From contig CAVPRW010000045.1 in assembly GCA_963707985.1 (NCBI GenBank), positions 192,001 to 256,000 of the forward strand: a DNA stretch of 64,000 bases. Direction: 5' to 3'. Positions 11,373 to 20,112 of the stretch are shown in pieces (position 1 is the stretch's first letter; every line of letters starts with the position of its first letter). Position numbers and translations under genes: made by a program. Source of the DNA: an uncultured Nitrospinota bacterium. Lineage in GTDB: Bacteria; Tectomicrobia; Entotheonellia; J063; CAVPRW01. The notes beneath the pieces were generated by a model. The model worked only from the letters and a program-made list of their open reading frames with translations, was not told where the DNA came from and ran no database searches.

Positions 11373-11401
11373 AGCATATCGAAATACCTCAAGTGTGTCA
11401 A
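11373..11401 (-). promoter_or_regulatory. Sigma70 promoter of the HTH_17-REC gene
   Basis: Minus strand TTGACA-17 nt-TATGCT. Confidence 0.7.
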
Positions 11402-11584
11402 GAAAATTCCAGACCTAAGACGTCGTGAACACTGGAAGTGGGTAAGGGTACGTGCGCCGGATTTCTTGTAGGAAGCTGGTCTGGAGCCCCATACCGTACT
11501 ATCGTTTCATGCCCGAGAATCTCCAGTCACTCGCCACCGAGACCCAACGAGCTCGACCGACCATTCTTAAGTCCTGGGATATTT

Positions 11585-13381
11585 TTAGAATCGTTTGCCA
11601 GGGCTATTTTCGGCGAATGTGATCCATTGGTTCGCCGCGGCTTCCTCCCACGCCTGATTGACCGCATCAATATTTTGCAAGCCGTTAATCTCCACTCGAT
11701 AGAGCGTGAGGTCATCGCTGAGCCGTCGCCGGGAGACCGCAACATCATATCCTTTTAGACGCGCGATTTGCGCTAACTGTGCGGACTGTTGCGGGTTCCG
11801 AAGCGATGCTAAAATCAGACTATAGGACCCATCCGGCTGTTGATGCACCAAAGTTTCTCGCGATAAAGGAGGGAGCCAAAGTCTCTGCCCGGCGATTATG
11901 CGGTTCAGGTTCTCGATATGAGTATTGTACTCCTTAATGAGGTCAAGGCCGAGATTTCTCTGGATACCATAGACATTGGTGGCGATTTCAACGACAGTCG
12001 AGCCAGATTGAACCGTTATGGGTTTCTCTCGCCAACCCGTCATCTCGGGGATTATGGGGACTGACGACGTCTGACCATTGCCCGGGCCTCCCATGCTGGG
12101 AGTATTGCTGTCACTGGTTCCTTTCTTTTGTCCGGAGGCCAAATGGCCATCCTGGTTCGGTATAGGCAGCTCTATGGTGTGGAGAGCGGCAGTTGACGCT
12201 GGGCCATCCTCTCTGATGAACCCTGCCGTTTGGCCATGACCGATTGCCGGCAGATGACTTTCAAGACGGGACTTGGTGGAGCCGGGATCTCCAATCCACC
12301 CACTCAGCCTACTGGGTAGTGTCAAGGATGAGGTGCTGAGTTTGTCTTCGACGTCTCGAAGAAAGCCCACATTGAGCCACAAGGCAGAAAATCCTATTCC
12401 CCCGACTCCAAAGAGGAGCACAGCCACCACCAGCCGCCAACCCCACCTGGTCCTACCAGAAACCGCTCCATGGTATAATGCCGGAGCCGAGCGTGTATTG
12501 CCAGAGCCCTGTCGAGTCCCTAACGCATCAGATGGCTGCGCAACTCCCTCAGTAACAAAAGGATTTCCTCTATGACCTTCCAACCGGAGGTCCTCAGCTA
12601 CTTCTCGAACGATGTCCGTCGTGATCCGCTTTTGCGACGTGGCATAGGCCACTAAGAGAGCATTGTCACAGAGAATATTGATGAGCCGAGGAAACCCTTT
12701 GCTATAGTAGGCGATTTCTTGGATGGCATCGGGCACAAAAAGTTGCTGGCGTTTATAGCCCACGGCGCTGAGCCGGTAGTGAATAAAGGGGCCTACCTCC
12801 TCATCGTCAAGTCGTTCAAGCCGACATTGAATTGCAATTCGTTGTTTTAACTGTCGTAATTCATATCGATCAAGCTTGGTTTCGAGTTCGGGTTGTCCCA
12901 CAATAACAATCTGCAGCAGCTTCTCAGTCGACGTTTCGAGGTTCGAGAGTAGCCGCAGACTCTCCAATACCTCCTCTCCAAGATTCTGTGCTTCATCGAT
13001 TAATAGGACAACCGTTTCCCCTGCCGCTAACTGGTCCAGAAGAAATCGATGCAGCCTCTGAATCTTGTAAATCCGCCCCGTTTCCTTAGTCGGTAGTCCC
13101 AATTCTTGACAAAAAAAATCTAAAATCTCTTCAAATGTCAGAGTAGTATTATCGAAAAAGACGAAGTGGATGTGCGGCTCCATATTCTCCATGAGCCGAC
13201 GCAGAAGGGTCGTTTTGCCGGTGCCTATCTCACCCGTCAGGACGATGAAGCCCCTACGTTCGTGAATCCCATACAGGAGGCTGGCATAAGCCTTCTGATA
13301 ACGGGGGTTCGTGTAGAAAAAACGCGGATCAGGCGTTATGCTAAAGGGTTTTTCCCGAAAACCAAAGTAGTCGGTGTACAT
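11585..13381 (-). CDS. ExeA/GspA-family AAA ATPase with TM helix and C-terminal LysM-like and SPOR-like domains
   Basis: MYTDYFGFREKPFSITPDPRF, GEIGTGKTT, LIDEAQNL, LQIVIVGQPEL and GFPRLINILCD. Then a TM segment, TVQSGSTVVEIA...NLNRIIAGQRLWLP (LysM-like) and YSLILASLRNPQQS...LYRVEI (SPOR-like). Confidence 0.85.
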   Translation of the reverse strand: MYTDYFGFREKPFSITPDPRFFYTNPRYQKAYASLLYGIHERRGFIVLTGEIGTGKTTLLRRLMENMEPHIHFVFFDNTTLTFEEILDFFCQELGLPTKETGRIYKIQRLHRFLLDQLAAGETVVLLIDEAQNLGEEVLESLRLLSNLETSTEKLLQIVIVGQPELETKLDRYELRQLKQRIAIQCRLERLDDEEVGPFIHYRLSAVGYKRQQLFVPDAIQEIAYYSKGFPRLINILCDNALLVAYATSQKRITTDIVREVAEDLRLEGHRGNPFVTEGVAQPSDALGTRQGSGNTRSAPALYHGAVSGRTRWGWRLVVAVLLFGVGGIGFSALWLNVGFLRDVEDKLSTSSLTLPSRLSGWIGDPGSTKSRLESHLPAIGHGQTAGFIREDGPASTAALHTIELPIPNQDGHLASGQKKGTSDSNTPSMGGPGNGQTSSVPIIPEMTGWREKPITVQSGSTVVEIATNVYGIQRNLGLDLIKEYNTHIENLNRIIAGQRLWLPPLSRETLVHQQPDGSYSLILASLRNPQQSAQLAQIARLKGYDVAVSRRRLSDDLTLYRVEINGLQNIDAVNQAWEEAAANQWITFAENSPGKRF

Positions 13382-14016
13382 GGCTGTGTGCAAATCCTAT
13401 GGACTTGGAATGGCAGAAAGCGTGGAGGCGAGCTTGACAGCGAGGCCGGACTGTGTCTATAGCCCCATATGTGAGCATTTGCAATCACCGTTCGCTGCAC
13501 CAAGATCACAGCGGGGGGGCGCTAGGCCAATCTGTTCCTTCGCATCATCCAGGACCGCCTCTTCAAGATCGATTGCACGGTGACAAGATTATTATTCTCT
13601 GGCTTGGGCGCGCGTGACAATGACGCTATCGAGTCGTCGCAACCTTCCGGAATGTTCCGGCTGCGAGGACTGGCTGCAAGAGAGGATACCTGCCATGTCA
13701 TGGCATCGCACCCAACCTGCCGCCCTCTCCTCCGAGATGGATGCTCCCTTCGACTAGGCAACGGACCTCAACTCTCCGCTCGAAGTTACGCGCAGGGTGA
13801 AAGAGCCACTGGACCAGAACCTTTGAGGGATTGCAGGCGTCATCCCTGCACCTAGGCCCCTCCAATGAGCCGAAGGCTGATTGGGCCGTCAGGTCGGTGA
13901 TTTCTTCCTGGTACATCCCGGGGTGAACAGTGTCACGAATTTGTTAGGGCTCTCCCAACTGGACTCTAGTTCCCGCACTTGCCATCTTCGCCTAGCGAGG
14001 TGAAGGCTCCTCCTGT

Positions 14017-14547
14017 TCATGCTGCCGTGACCCCACTCCCATCGATCTCCACAGCGACGCTTCGGTGCAGTAGATCAACGGACAGAATGAGTAATCCTTT
14101 TGACGGTTTGCTCTGTACCAAAATCCCTTCGACCCCTCTGAGTGGCCCTTCCGTAATACGGACGCGTTGGCCTTCCCGAAGGTATGGATGGGGCATGACC
14201 GGTAGGGAAGCAGCTACAACAGTATGAATTGCCTCAATCTCGGCATCTGGTACGATGCTGAGTCTATCCCAACGTTCACCGAGAATTCGCACGAGGCCTC
14301 GTGCTTTGCGTACATCAATGTAGCTAGTTTTGTCCATGACATGCCGCAAGAACAGGTAACCCGGGAACATGGGGACAGCGATCAGGTGCCGTTTCCCCGC
14401 CCGCTGCGACCACACCTCGATCCTGGGTAGGAAGAGGTGAAAGCTTTTTGCTGTCAATTGGTCGTATACCAACTGCTCACAATGGCTCCGGGTGTAGAGC
14501 GCATACCAAAGAGGTATCGATGGATCCTCAGGGATTTCTTTGCACAT
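14017..14547 (-). CDS. NusG paralogue (UpxY/LoaP/RfaH-like antitermination factor), canonical
   Basis: NGN domain WYALYTRSHCE...PMFPGYLFL and KOW motif LREGQRVRITEGPLRGVEGIL. Confidence 0.92.
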   Translation of the reverse strand: MCKEIPEDPSIPLWYALYTRSHCEQLVYDQLTAKSFHLFLPRIEVWSQRAGKRHLIAVPMFPGYLFLRHVMDKTSYIDVRKARGLVRILGERWDRLSIVPDAEIEAIHTVVAASLPVMPHPYLREGQRVRITEGPLRGVEGILVQSKPSKGLLILSVDLLHRSVAVEIDGSGVTAA

Positions 14548-14730
14548 AGCTCTGGTCGCCCACCACTTCTGCTTTGCTCTGCACAGTCGCGGGCACAGCT
14601 CCGCGCCCCTCAGAAGCTTGCCCTTTACTGCTTAAAAATATTGAATGAAGATCGAATATCGCCCATCTCAACCGCTCCATCTCGGAACATTGAGCCACAA
14701 ACTTGTCGTTTGTGACAGGCTAGAAGCTTG

Positions 14731-15279
14731 TTATTTCTCTACCGTCGAGTCAAGTGGAAAGAGGCTCCGCCGAAGTTCCTGGCTCTCGGTACACGGCAGC
14801 AATTGGGCCCGATCGACTTCCACCGCTACGCTTGTCTGCAGTGTATGGATCGGAACAAGCAAAGAGGTTTTGGGCTCGTTGCGGATGACTCCGGCAATGC
14901 CCCGCAGGCGGCCCCGTACAACCTCCATCAGCGGCCCCTGGAGCTGGTATCCCGTCCGTTCAAGCGTAATATCAGCGTGGCATAGTTTCCCCAGCAAGCG
15001 TATCTCATCTTCAGGGACAACACGTACCTGTCCCTGGGTATCCTCTAGGAGCCGCATCACTCCAGGAATGCTGATAAGTTCCAGATGCGCAGAGAGCTCA
15101 AGATAACAACGGACAAAGACATGACGCGGGAAAAGCGGGATTGCCACCTTTCGTAGGCTCCGCTTTGACTTGCGACACCCCATCGTCAAAGGTAAATAGG
15201 CTTGAAAGCCCTTGTTGACTATGCGTTCGTGCACTGCCCGCTCGTGATGGTGTCGAGTATAGAGTATATACCACTTCAT
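14731..15279 (-). CDS. NusG paralogue, divergent
   Basis: WYILYTRHHHERAV...AYLP...PLFPRHVFV...IPGVMRLL...VPEDEI. KOW is degenerate (GPLMEVVRGRLRGIAG), C-terminal SVAVEVD. Confidence 0.85.
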   Translation of the reverse strand: MKWYILYTRHHHERAVHERIVNKGFQAYLPLTMGCRKSKRSLRKVAIPLFPRHVFVRCYLELSAHLELISIPGVMRLLEDTQGQVRVVPEDEIRLLGKLCHADITLERTGYQLQGPLMEVVRGRLRGIAGVIRNEPKTSLLVPIHTLQTSVAVEVDRAQLLPCTESQELRRSLFPLDSTVEK

Positions 15280-15335
15280 AAGACCTCTACATGGGGTGCG
15301 TGATCAGGGACATCCCACTTCTGGACCGGCTGATA

Positions 15336-15691
15336 TCATTCCGTATGCGCTTGCGTGAGGCAACACCGGACGAACATGTCTAGATTGCGGTTAAAGCGGG
15401 ACGAGTCCTCAAGAAATGGGGAATGCCCCCCCTCATCCCATATTTTTAACTCGACCTCGGAAAACCCATCCGCCACTGCTGGCGCTAGGTAGGGTGGCGT
15501 CAACAAATCACCCAACCCCGCAATCAGCAGGCTTGGTGCATGGGTAGTCCATCGATACCTCCGATGAATATCCGACGCTGATGTTGTCACAACCGGTGGT
15601 CCGTTGCGACTTGAGGAATGAAGACGAGCAGTATCCCCTCGCCTGCTATCTGGTAGGCCATCGTGCACCCGTTCATCGGCAGACTCGCCAT
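15336..15691 (-). pseudogene. Alpha/beta hydrolase remnant with internal deletion
   Basis: After an AAGGGGGAG RBS reads MASLPMNGCTMAYQIAGEGILLVFIPQVATDHRL-stop (hydrolase-like N-terminus). A C-terminal part APSLLIAGLGDLLTPP...GGHSPFLEDSSRFNRNLDMFV follows in another frame; the middle is missing. Confidence 0.75.
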
Positions 15692-15734
15692 CCGCTCCCC
15701 CTTTACCGGCCATACTGCGCTGCTTCTGCAAATA

Positions 15735-15750
15735 AGCAAGATGGATGCCA
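15735..15750 (-). promoter_or_regulatory. Sigma54 (-24/-12) promoter
   Basis: Minus strand TGGCATCCATCTTGCT matches TGGCAY-N5-TTGCW exactly and lies ~45 bp upstream of ATG 15691. Confidence 0.8.
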
Positions 15751-15838
15751 TCGAGGCAAGTGACCGATGGTCTCGTGGTCAAAGAGCTGCCAAGTCGGGG
15801 GAAGATCAACACAATGAACGGACGATAGTATACCGAAC

Positions 15839-15876
15839 ATATCACGACTGTCTCATTTATGAGACAGTCGTGATAT
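15839..15876. promoter_or_regulatory. Near-perfect palindrome containing a TGTC-N10-GACA enhancer (UAS)
   Basis: atatcacgactgtctcat-tt-atgagacagtcgtgatat (18-bp arms). Core TGTCTCATTTATGAGACA at 15849-15866. Confidence 0.75.
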
Positions 15877-16231
15877 CATGCGCGATCAGACTTCAGAAAG
15901 CCCAGTTCTATTGCATATCTCCCATAGGGAAGCGTTTTTCTCAAAATTGAGATTCATGTCTTAAAAATGGTACGAGGTGCGCTTTCATAAGGTCGATGGC
16001 ACTGCGGTTGAGCCCTCGGAGGTCTTGATCACACACGCTTTGCAGTGGAGCACACCATCAGAGCAGGTCTCAGGGCGATATCGCCCGATGGCCATCTGGC
16101 AGTCGCGACCATACCATCAGAACCACTCTGAGCCGGCCGAGCCATCGGATCGTGGGGAAGGTGTGAGACACCTGGGAAGCCTCCCGCGCCACAAACCCAT
16201 TTTGTTGAGAAAAAGGTGCATCACATGGAGG

Positions 16232-16271
16232 TGTCGACAAATCCCTACACTGATGTAGGAATTTACAGACA
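16232..16271. promoter_or_regulatory. Tandem near-consensus enhancer-binding-protein sites
   Basis: TGTC-N10-TACA (16232-16249) and TGTA-N10-GACA (16254-16271), 4 bp apart. Confidence 0.55.
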
Positions 16272-16347
16272 ACTTGGGCGACTGTGAAAGTATCCAAGCA
16301 TGACTGGAGGAGAGGTAGTGCCAGGCTGATCGAAGTGGTGGCGTGTG

Positions 16348-17724
16348 TTACTCAGGTATATCCTTGAAGGCTGTAGGCTCAAGGTTATATTTTCGCAGCA
16401 GTCGGTAAATCTCCGCGCGGTGCCGCCCGGAGATCTCCGCCGCCCGTGAGACGTTCCCCCGCGTCGCGGTAAGTAGCTGTACGAGATAAGCCCGCTCGAA
16501 GACCGCTCGCGCTTCCTTAAACAACAAGAGAGTTGACTTGAGGGGGCGAGATAGCTGTTTCCCAAGCAGAATGAGGTCAGGGGTAATAAGGTCCCCGGTC
16601 GCCAGCACAACCGCACGCTCTATCACATTGGCCAGCTCACGCACATTGCCTGGCCAATGATAGACCATCAGGAGTTGCATTGCTTCCGACGAAAATCCTT
16701 TAACTCCTTTGTGGACAGTGTGTTCAAAATGCTGCAAGAAATGATGCGCCAGTAGAGGAATATCTTCCTGACGCTCGCGGAGGGGAGGAAGGATAACCGG
16801 AATGACGTGAATCCGGTAGTAGAGATCCTCGCGAAATCTCCCAGTGCACACAGCTTCCCACAAATCCTGGTTGGTCGCGGCGATGAGGCGAAAATTTGCT
16901 CTCGTTGGCTGCCCTGCACCCAGGGGGTAGAATTCTTGTTCTTGGAGAACCCGCAGGAATTTGACTTGCAAGGCGTGGGGAAGTTCGGCGATTTCATCCA
17001 AGAATAAGGTCCCGCCATCCGCCTGTCGTAGGAGGCCGCGGTGCAGTTGATCAGCCCCCGTATAGGCACCTTTGACATGGCCGAAGAGCTCATTTTCGAG
17101 CAGGCCCTCGGGAATTGCCCCGCAATTAATGGCCACAAATGGCCCGCGTGCGCGGCGACTCATCGCATGCACAGATTTGCCAATCAGCTCCTTGCCCGTA
17201 CCACTTTCCCCGTACAGGCAGACGGTCGAATCTGTCACGGCGATTTGCGCTACCTGCCGTAAAACGTATTGCATCTTGGAGCTGGCGGCAATAATGTTGC
17301 CAGAATCGTAGCGTCCCTGCACCAGTGTGCGTAGCTGCTCGACCTCACTACGTAGCCGCCGGACTTCTACAGCCTTCTCGATGCGATGTAGTAGATCTTT
17401 GGGATCGAAGGGCTTCGTGAGATAATCGTAGGCGCCTTTTTTCGTCGCCTCCACCGCACTGGCGATAGAACCGTGTGCAGTCAAAATGAGCACTGGCAGT
17501 TGGGGATGTCGGTGCAGGAGTTTCTCCAGCAAGGCTATGCCGTTGATGCCGGGCAGTTTGAGATCGACGATAGCCACGTCACAGGGGTCGTCCTGCTGTC
17601 GGGATAAAGCCTGCTCCGCGCCTTCCGCCGTAATCGCCTCGTAGCCTGAAGCCTCAAGGCGCATCTTCATTAAGGTAAGGAGGCCCTGATCATCGTCCAC
17701 TACAAGAATTCGTTTTCCGGCCAT
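16348..17724 (-). CDS. Sigma54-dependent two-component response regulator (NtrC family, GlrR/QseF-like)
   Basis: Receiver ILVVDDD/IVDL, GESGTGKE, GHVKGAYTGA, LFLDEI, FREDLYYR, WPGNVREL and a Fis-type HTH (GNVSRAAEISGRHRAEIYRLL). Confidence 0.95.
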   Translation of the reverse strand: MAGKRILVVDDDQGLLTLMKMRLEASGYEAITAEGAEQALSRQQDDPCDVAIVDLKLPGINGIALLEKLLHRHPQLPVLILTAHGSIASAVEATKKGAYDYLTKPFDPKDLLHRIEKAVEVRRLRSEVEQLRTLVQGRYDSGNIIAASSKMQYVLRQVAQIAVTDSTVCLYGESGTGKELIGKSVHAMSRRARGPFVAINCGAIPEGLLENELFGHVKGAYTGADQLHRGLLRQADGGTLFLDEIAELPHALQVKFLRVLQEQEFYPLGAGQPTRANFRLIAATNQDLWEAVCTGRFREDLYYRIHVIPVILPPLRERQEDIPLLAHHFLQHFEHTVHKGVKGFSSEAMQLLMVYHWPGNVRELANVIERAVVLATGDLITPDLILLGKQLSRPLKSTLLLFKEARAVFERAYLVQLLTATRGNVSRAAEISGRHRAEIYRLLRKYNLEPTAFKDIPE

Positions 17725-17732
17725 GGAGTCCC

Positions 17733-18254
17733 TCAGCGCAATAGCTCGCGCTCCTTTTTTTCGATTTCGATATCGATCTCCCGTGAACGATCGAGCTGTC
17801 CTCGTAGCTTTCGGATGGCGGCATCGCGAGAACGCAGCCCCGTGCGAAGTTGCCGCTGGGCTTCTTCGAGACCTAGCTGCTCGTTCATGAAGGCCAGCAG
17901 CACCTGTCCCTGCGAAGCCCATGGGCTTTGTGGAAACCTCTTCTGCAACTCACGGAAGTATTGCCGCGCTTTTTGCGGGTCGCGATAGGGGCTCTGCGGG
18001 TAGGCATAGATAAAACCAAGATTAAACAAGACGATATCGCATTCGACCCATCCTCCACATGTCGACAAATAGCGCTGATTCTCCGCGAGAAACCCCCTGT
18101 AATCACCGGTTTCAATCGCTTTTTGTGGCGGAAACACTCCATGGGCCTGGAACAGGGTGCTAGGCATCGAGGTACAACCGGTCAAGAGCAGACTGACCAG
18201 GACCAGAACATGCGAGGACTCGCGATGGAGCCGACTCATGATCGCTCTAGACAT
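17733..18254 (-). CDS. Putative lipoprotein, QseG(YfhG)-like by position and architecture
   Basis: Lipobox LLLTGC, TPR-like helical core (ARQYFRELQKRFPQSPWA) and C-terminal coiled coil. Sits between the kinase and the activator. Confidence 0.75.
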   Translation of the reverse strand: MSRAIMSRLHRESSHVLVLVSLLLTGCTSMPSTLFQAHGVFPPQKAIETGDYRGFLAENQRYLSTCGGWVECDIVLFNLGFIYAYPQSPYRDPQKARQYFRELQKRFPQSPWASQGQVLLAFMNEQLGLEEAQRQLRTGLRSRDAAIRKLRGQLDRSREIDIEIEKKERELLR

Positions 18255-19788
18255 GCTGTTCCCTTCTATCGCTTAAAGGCACAGCAGCGGCGCCAGCGGC
18301 TATGGTTAGGTGGCCATGAATCGACTGCTCCTGCTCATGGCCATGCACAGGTAGCAGGAGGATGAACGTCGAACCGTGACCCAACTGGCTCTCTACCCAA
18401 AGCCTACCTCCATGCGCTGCAACAATATGTCGCGCAATGGCCAGGCCTAGTCCAGTACCCCGTTCCTGTTGGCTTTGATGGTGGGGGCTTTGGTAAAATT
18501 TTCTGAAGATTCGTTCGATTTCTTCAGAGGGAATCCCTACGCCTGTGTCGGAGACGCGGACCTCAACCCAGCGGTCTTCGCCTCTCTCACCCTCCTTTCC
18601 CCGGAACGAGGCGGCCACCCGGACGATGCCCCCTTCTGGGGTAAATTTCGTCGCATTATTCAGTAAATTGTCTAGCACTTGTTGCATCCGCGCCTCGTCC
18701 AGGAAAAGCGAGGGCAAGGCGGTAGGACACAGGACTTCTAGGCGAATCCCCTTACGTCGAGCGGTGAGCTGGACGGTTTGGACGCTCCTCTCCAGCAGGG
18801 CTGATAAATCGCTCGGTACCCGAACGTATTCCATCATTCCTGCTTCCATCTTCGAGAAGTCAAGTATGGACGAGAGAAACTGATACAGTCGCTCGCTATG
18901 GCTACGCACCACATTGACGATTTCGCGCTGAGAGGTCGTCAGCGGGCCGGGGATCTCCTCCCAGAGCAGGTCCATACCCTCGCGCATGGCGGTCAAGGGT
19001 GTGCGCAGTTCGTGTGAGATGTGGGCGATAAAATCCTCCTTCATCTCATCGAGCTTTGCCAATCGTGAGGCCATCCAGTTGAAGGCACGGGAGAGTTCAC
19101 CCACCTCCTCAGGAGACCGGAGGTCCAGGTAGCGTTGGAATTCTCCCTTTCCGACCAAGCGCAGCTCGTGCGCGAGCTGCTTGAGCGGTCGACTGATGCT
19201 GCGCGCATGGAGGTAGGCGAGAAGAACTGCAAGGCCGATGCTCCCGAACGTCAACCCCCTGACTGCACGTGCAGCCAGGGCTGATTGATCTCGGGCCGCT
19301 GCCATCTTCTTCGCCATGGTTTCCTCGCGGAGTCGTAGCAACTCATGGATGCTGGCTGTCATCCCGTCGTACAATTCAGCGCGGTCAGCACTCGCGGCGG
19401 GTTTGCGCAGGGCCGATGGGTCAGTACTGGCGACATACAAGACATGGAGATCGCGAATCTGCCTCAGTAGATCTTGCTCATGAGGGCTGGTAGCCAATGC
19501 GGAGATTTTTCCCACGCTCGCTACAAAAGTCTGGTTCCCTTCGATGAACTGGTTATAATAAATTTTGTCCTGGAAGAGCGCAAACTTCTCTAGGCTCCGC
19601 ATCTGTGCGAGGAGGATGCGTAGGAGGCGCTTTTCCTCCTCAATACACGCTGCGTCAATGGACAGGATCCCCTGGCTCAGATTGGTGAGTTCTTGAAGCT
19701 GGGACAGAGTATAGACATTGACCACGACGATCAAGACGATGAGGGAGACTTGCGCGAGAATAATGCGCCAGAAAATGGTCAAACGCAC
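18247..19788 (-). CDS. HAMP-containing sensor histidine kinase (GlrK/QseE-like)
   Basis: Two TMs, HAMP (PEEVGELSRAFNWM), H-box HISHELRTPL, N-box NLLNNATKFT, DTGVGI and GTGLGL. Confidence 0.95.
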   Translation of the reverse strand: MRLTIFWRIILAQVSLIVLIVVVNVYTLSQLQELTNLSQGILSIDAACIEEEKRLLRILLAQMRSLEKFALFQDKIYYNQFIEGNQTFVASVGKISALATSPHEQDLLRQIRDLHVLYVASTDPSALRKPAASADRAELYDGMTASIHELLRLREETMAKKMAAARDQSALAARAVRGLTFGSIGLAVLLAYLHARSISRPLKQLAHELRLVGKGEFQRYLDLRSPEEVGELSRAFNWMASRLAKLDEMKEDFIAHISHELRTPLTAMREGMDLLWEEIPGPLTTSQREIVNVVRSHSERLYQFLSSILDFSKMEAGMMEYVRVPSDLSALLERSVQTVQLTARRKGIRLEVLCPTALPSLFLDEARMQQVLDNLLNNATKFTPEGGIVRVAASFRGKEGERGEDRWVEVRVSDTGVGIPSEEIERIFRKFYQSPHHQSQQERGTGLGLAIARHIVAAHGGRLWVESQLGHGSTFILLLPVHGHEQEQSIHGHLTIAAGAAAVPLSDRREQHV

Positions 19789-19888
19789 AGGTCTCTCCTC
19801 AAAAGCTTGCTCCAAACCTCATCTCTTCAAAACCCATGAAGGGTTTTATGCTGCGATTGCCCTGATCCACGCTAGGGAAAGTCTCTAG

Positions 19889-19916
19889 AGTATAGATTCT
19901 TCACCCCTGCTGTCAA
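19889..19916 (-). promoter_or_regulatory. Sigma70 promoter of the kinase operon
   Basis: Minus strand TTGACA-16 nt-TATACT. Confidence 0.65.
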
Positions 19917-20112
19917 TGTGATGGTTTATGGAGCTGAGTATGATACGATGCGACAGCTAATCGGTGCTGGCCGCAAAAGGCTGTCCGAGACAATCGCCAC
20001 GGGGTAGCACGTCACCGGAGGGGCCTGGGGGATAAGCATCGACGCATGCTGGCGCGTGCAGACGACCATGTAAGTCGAGCGAGCCAGGAGGTCATAGAGG
20101 AGGAGTAGCGCC

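Noticed and set aside
13394..14016. Small ORFs or an RfaH ops element between the NusG paralogue and the ExeA-like gene
   Set aside because: The ORFs (13522..13761, 13698..13916) have no motifs or good RBS, and I found no GGCGGTAG ops match by eye.
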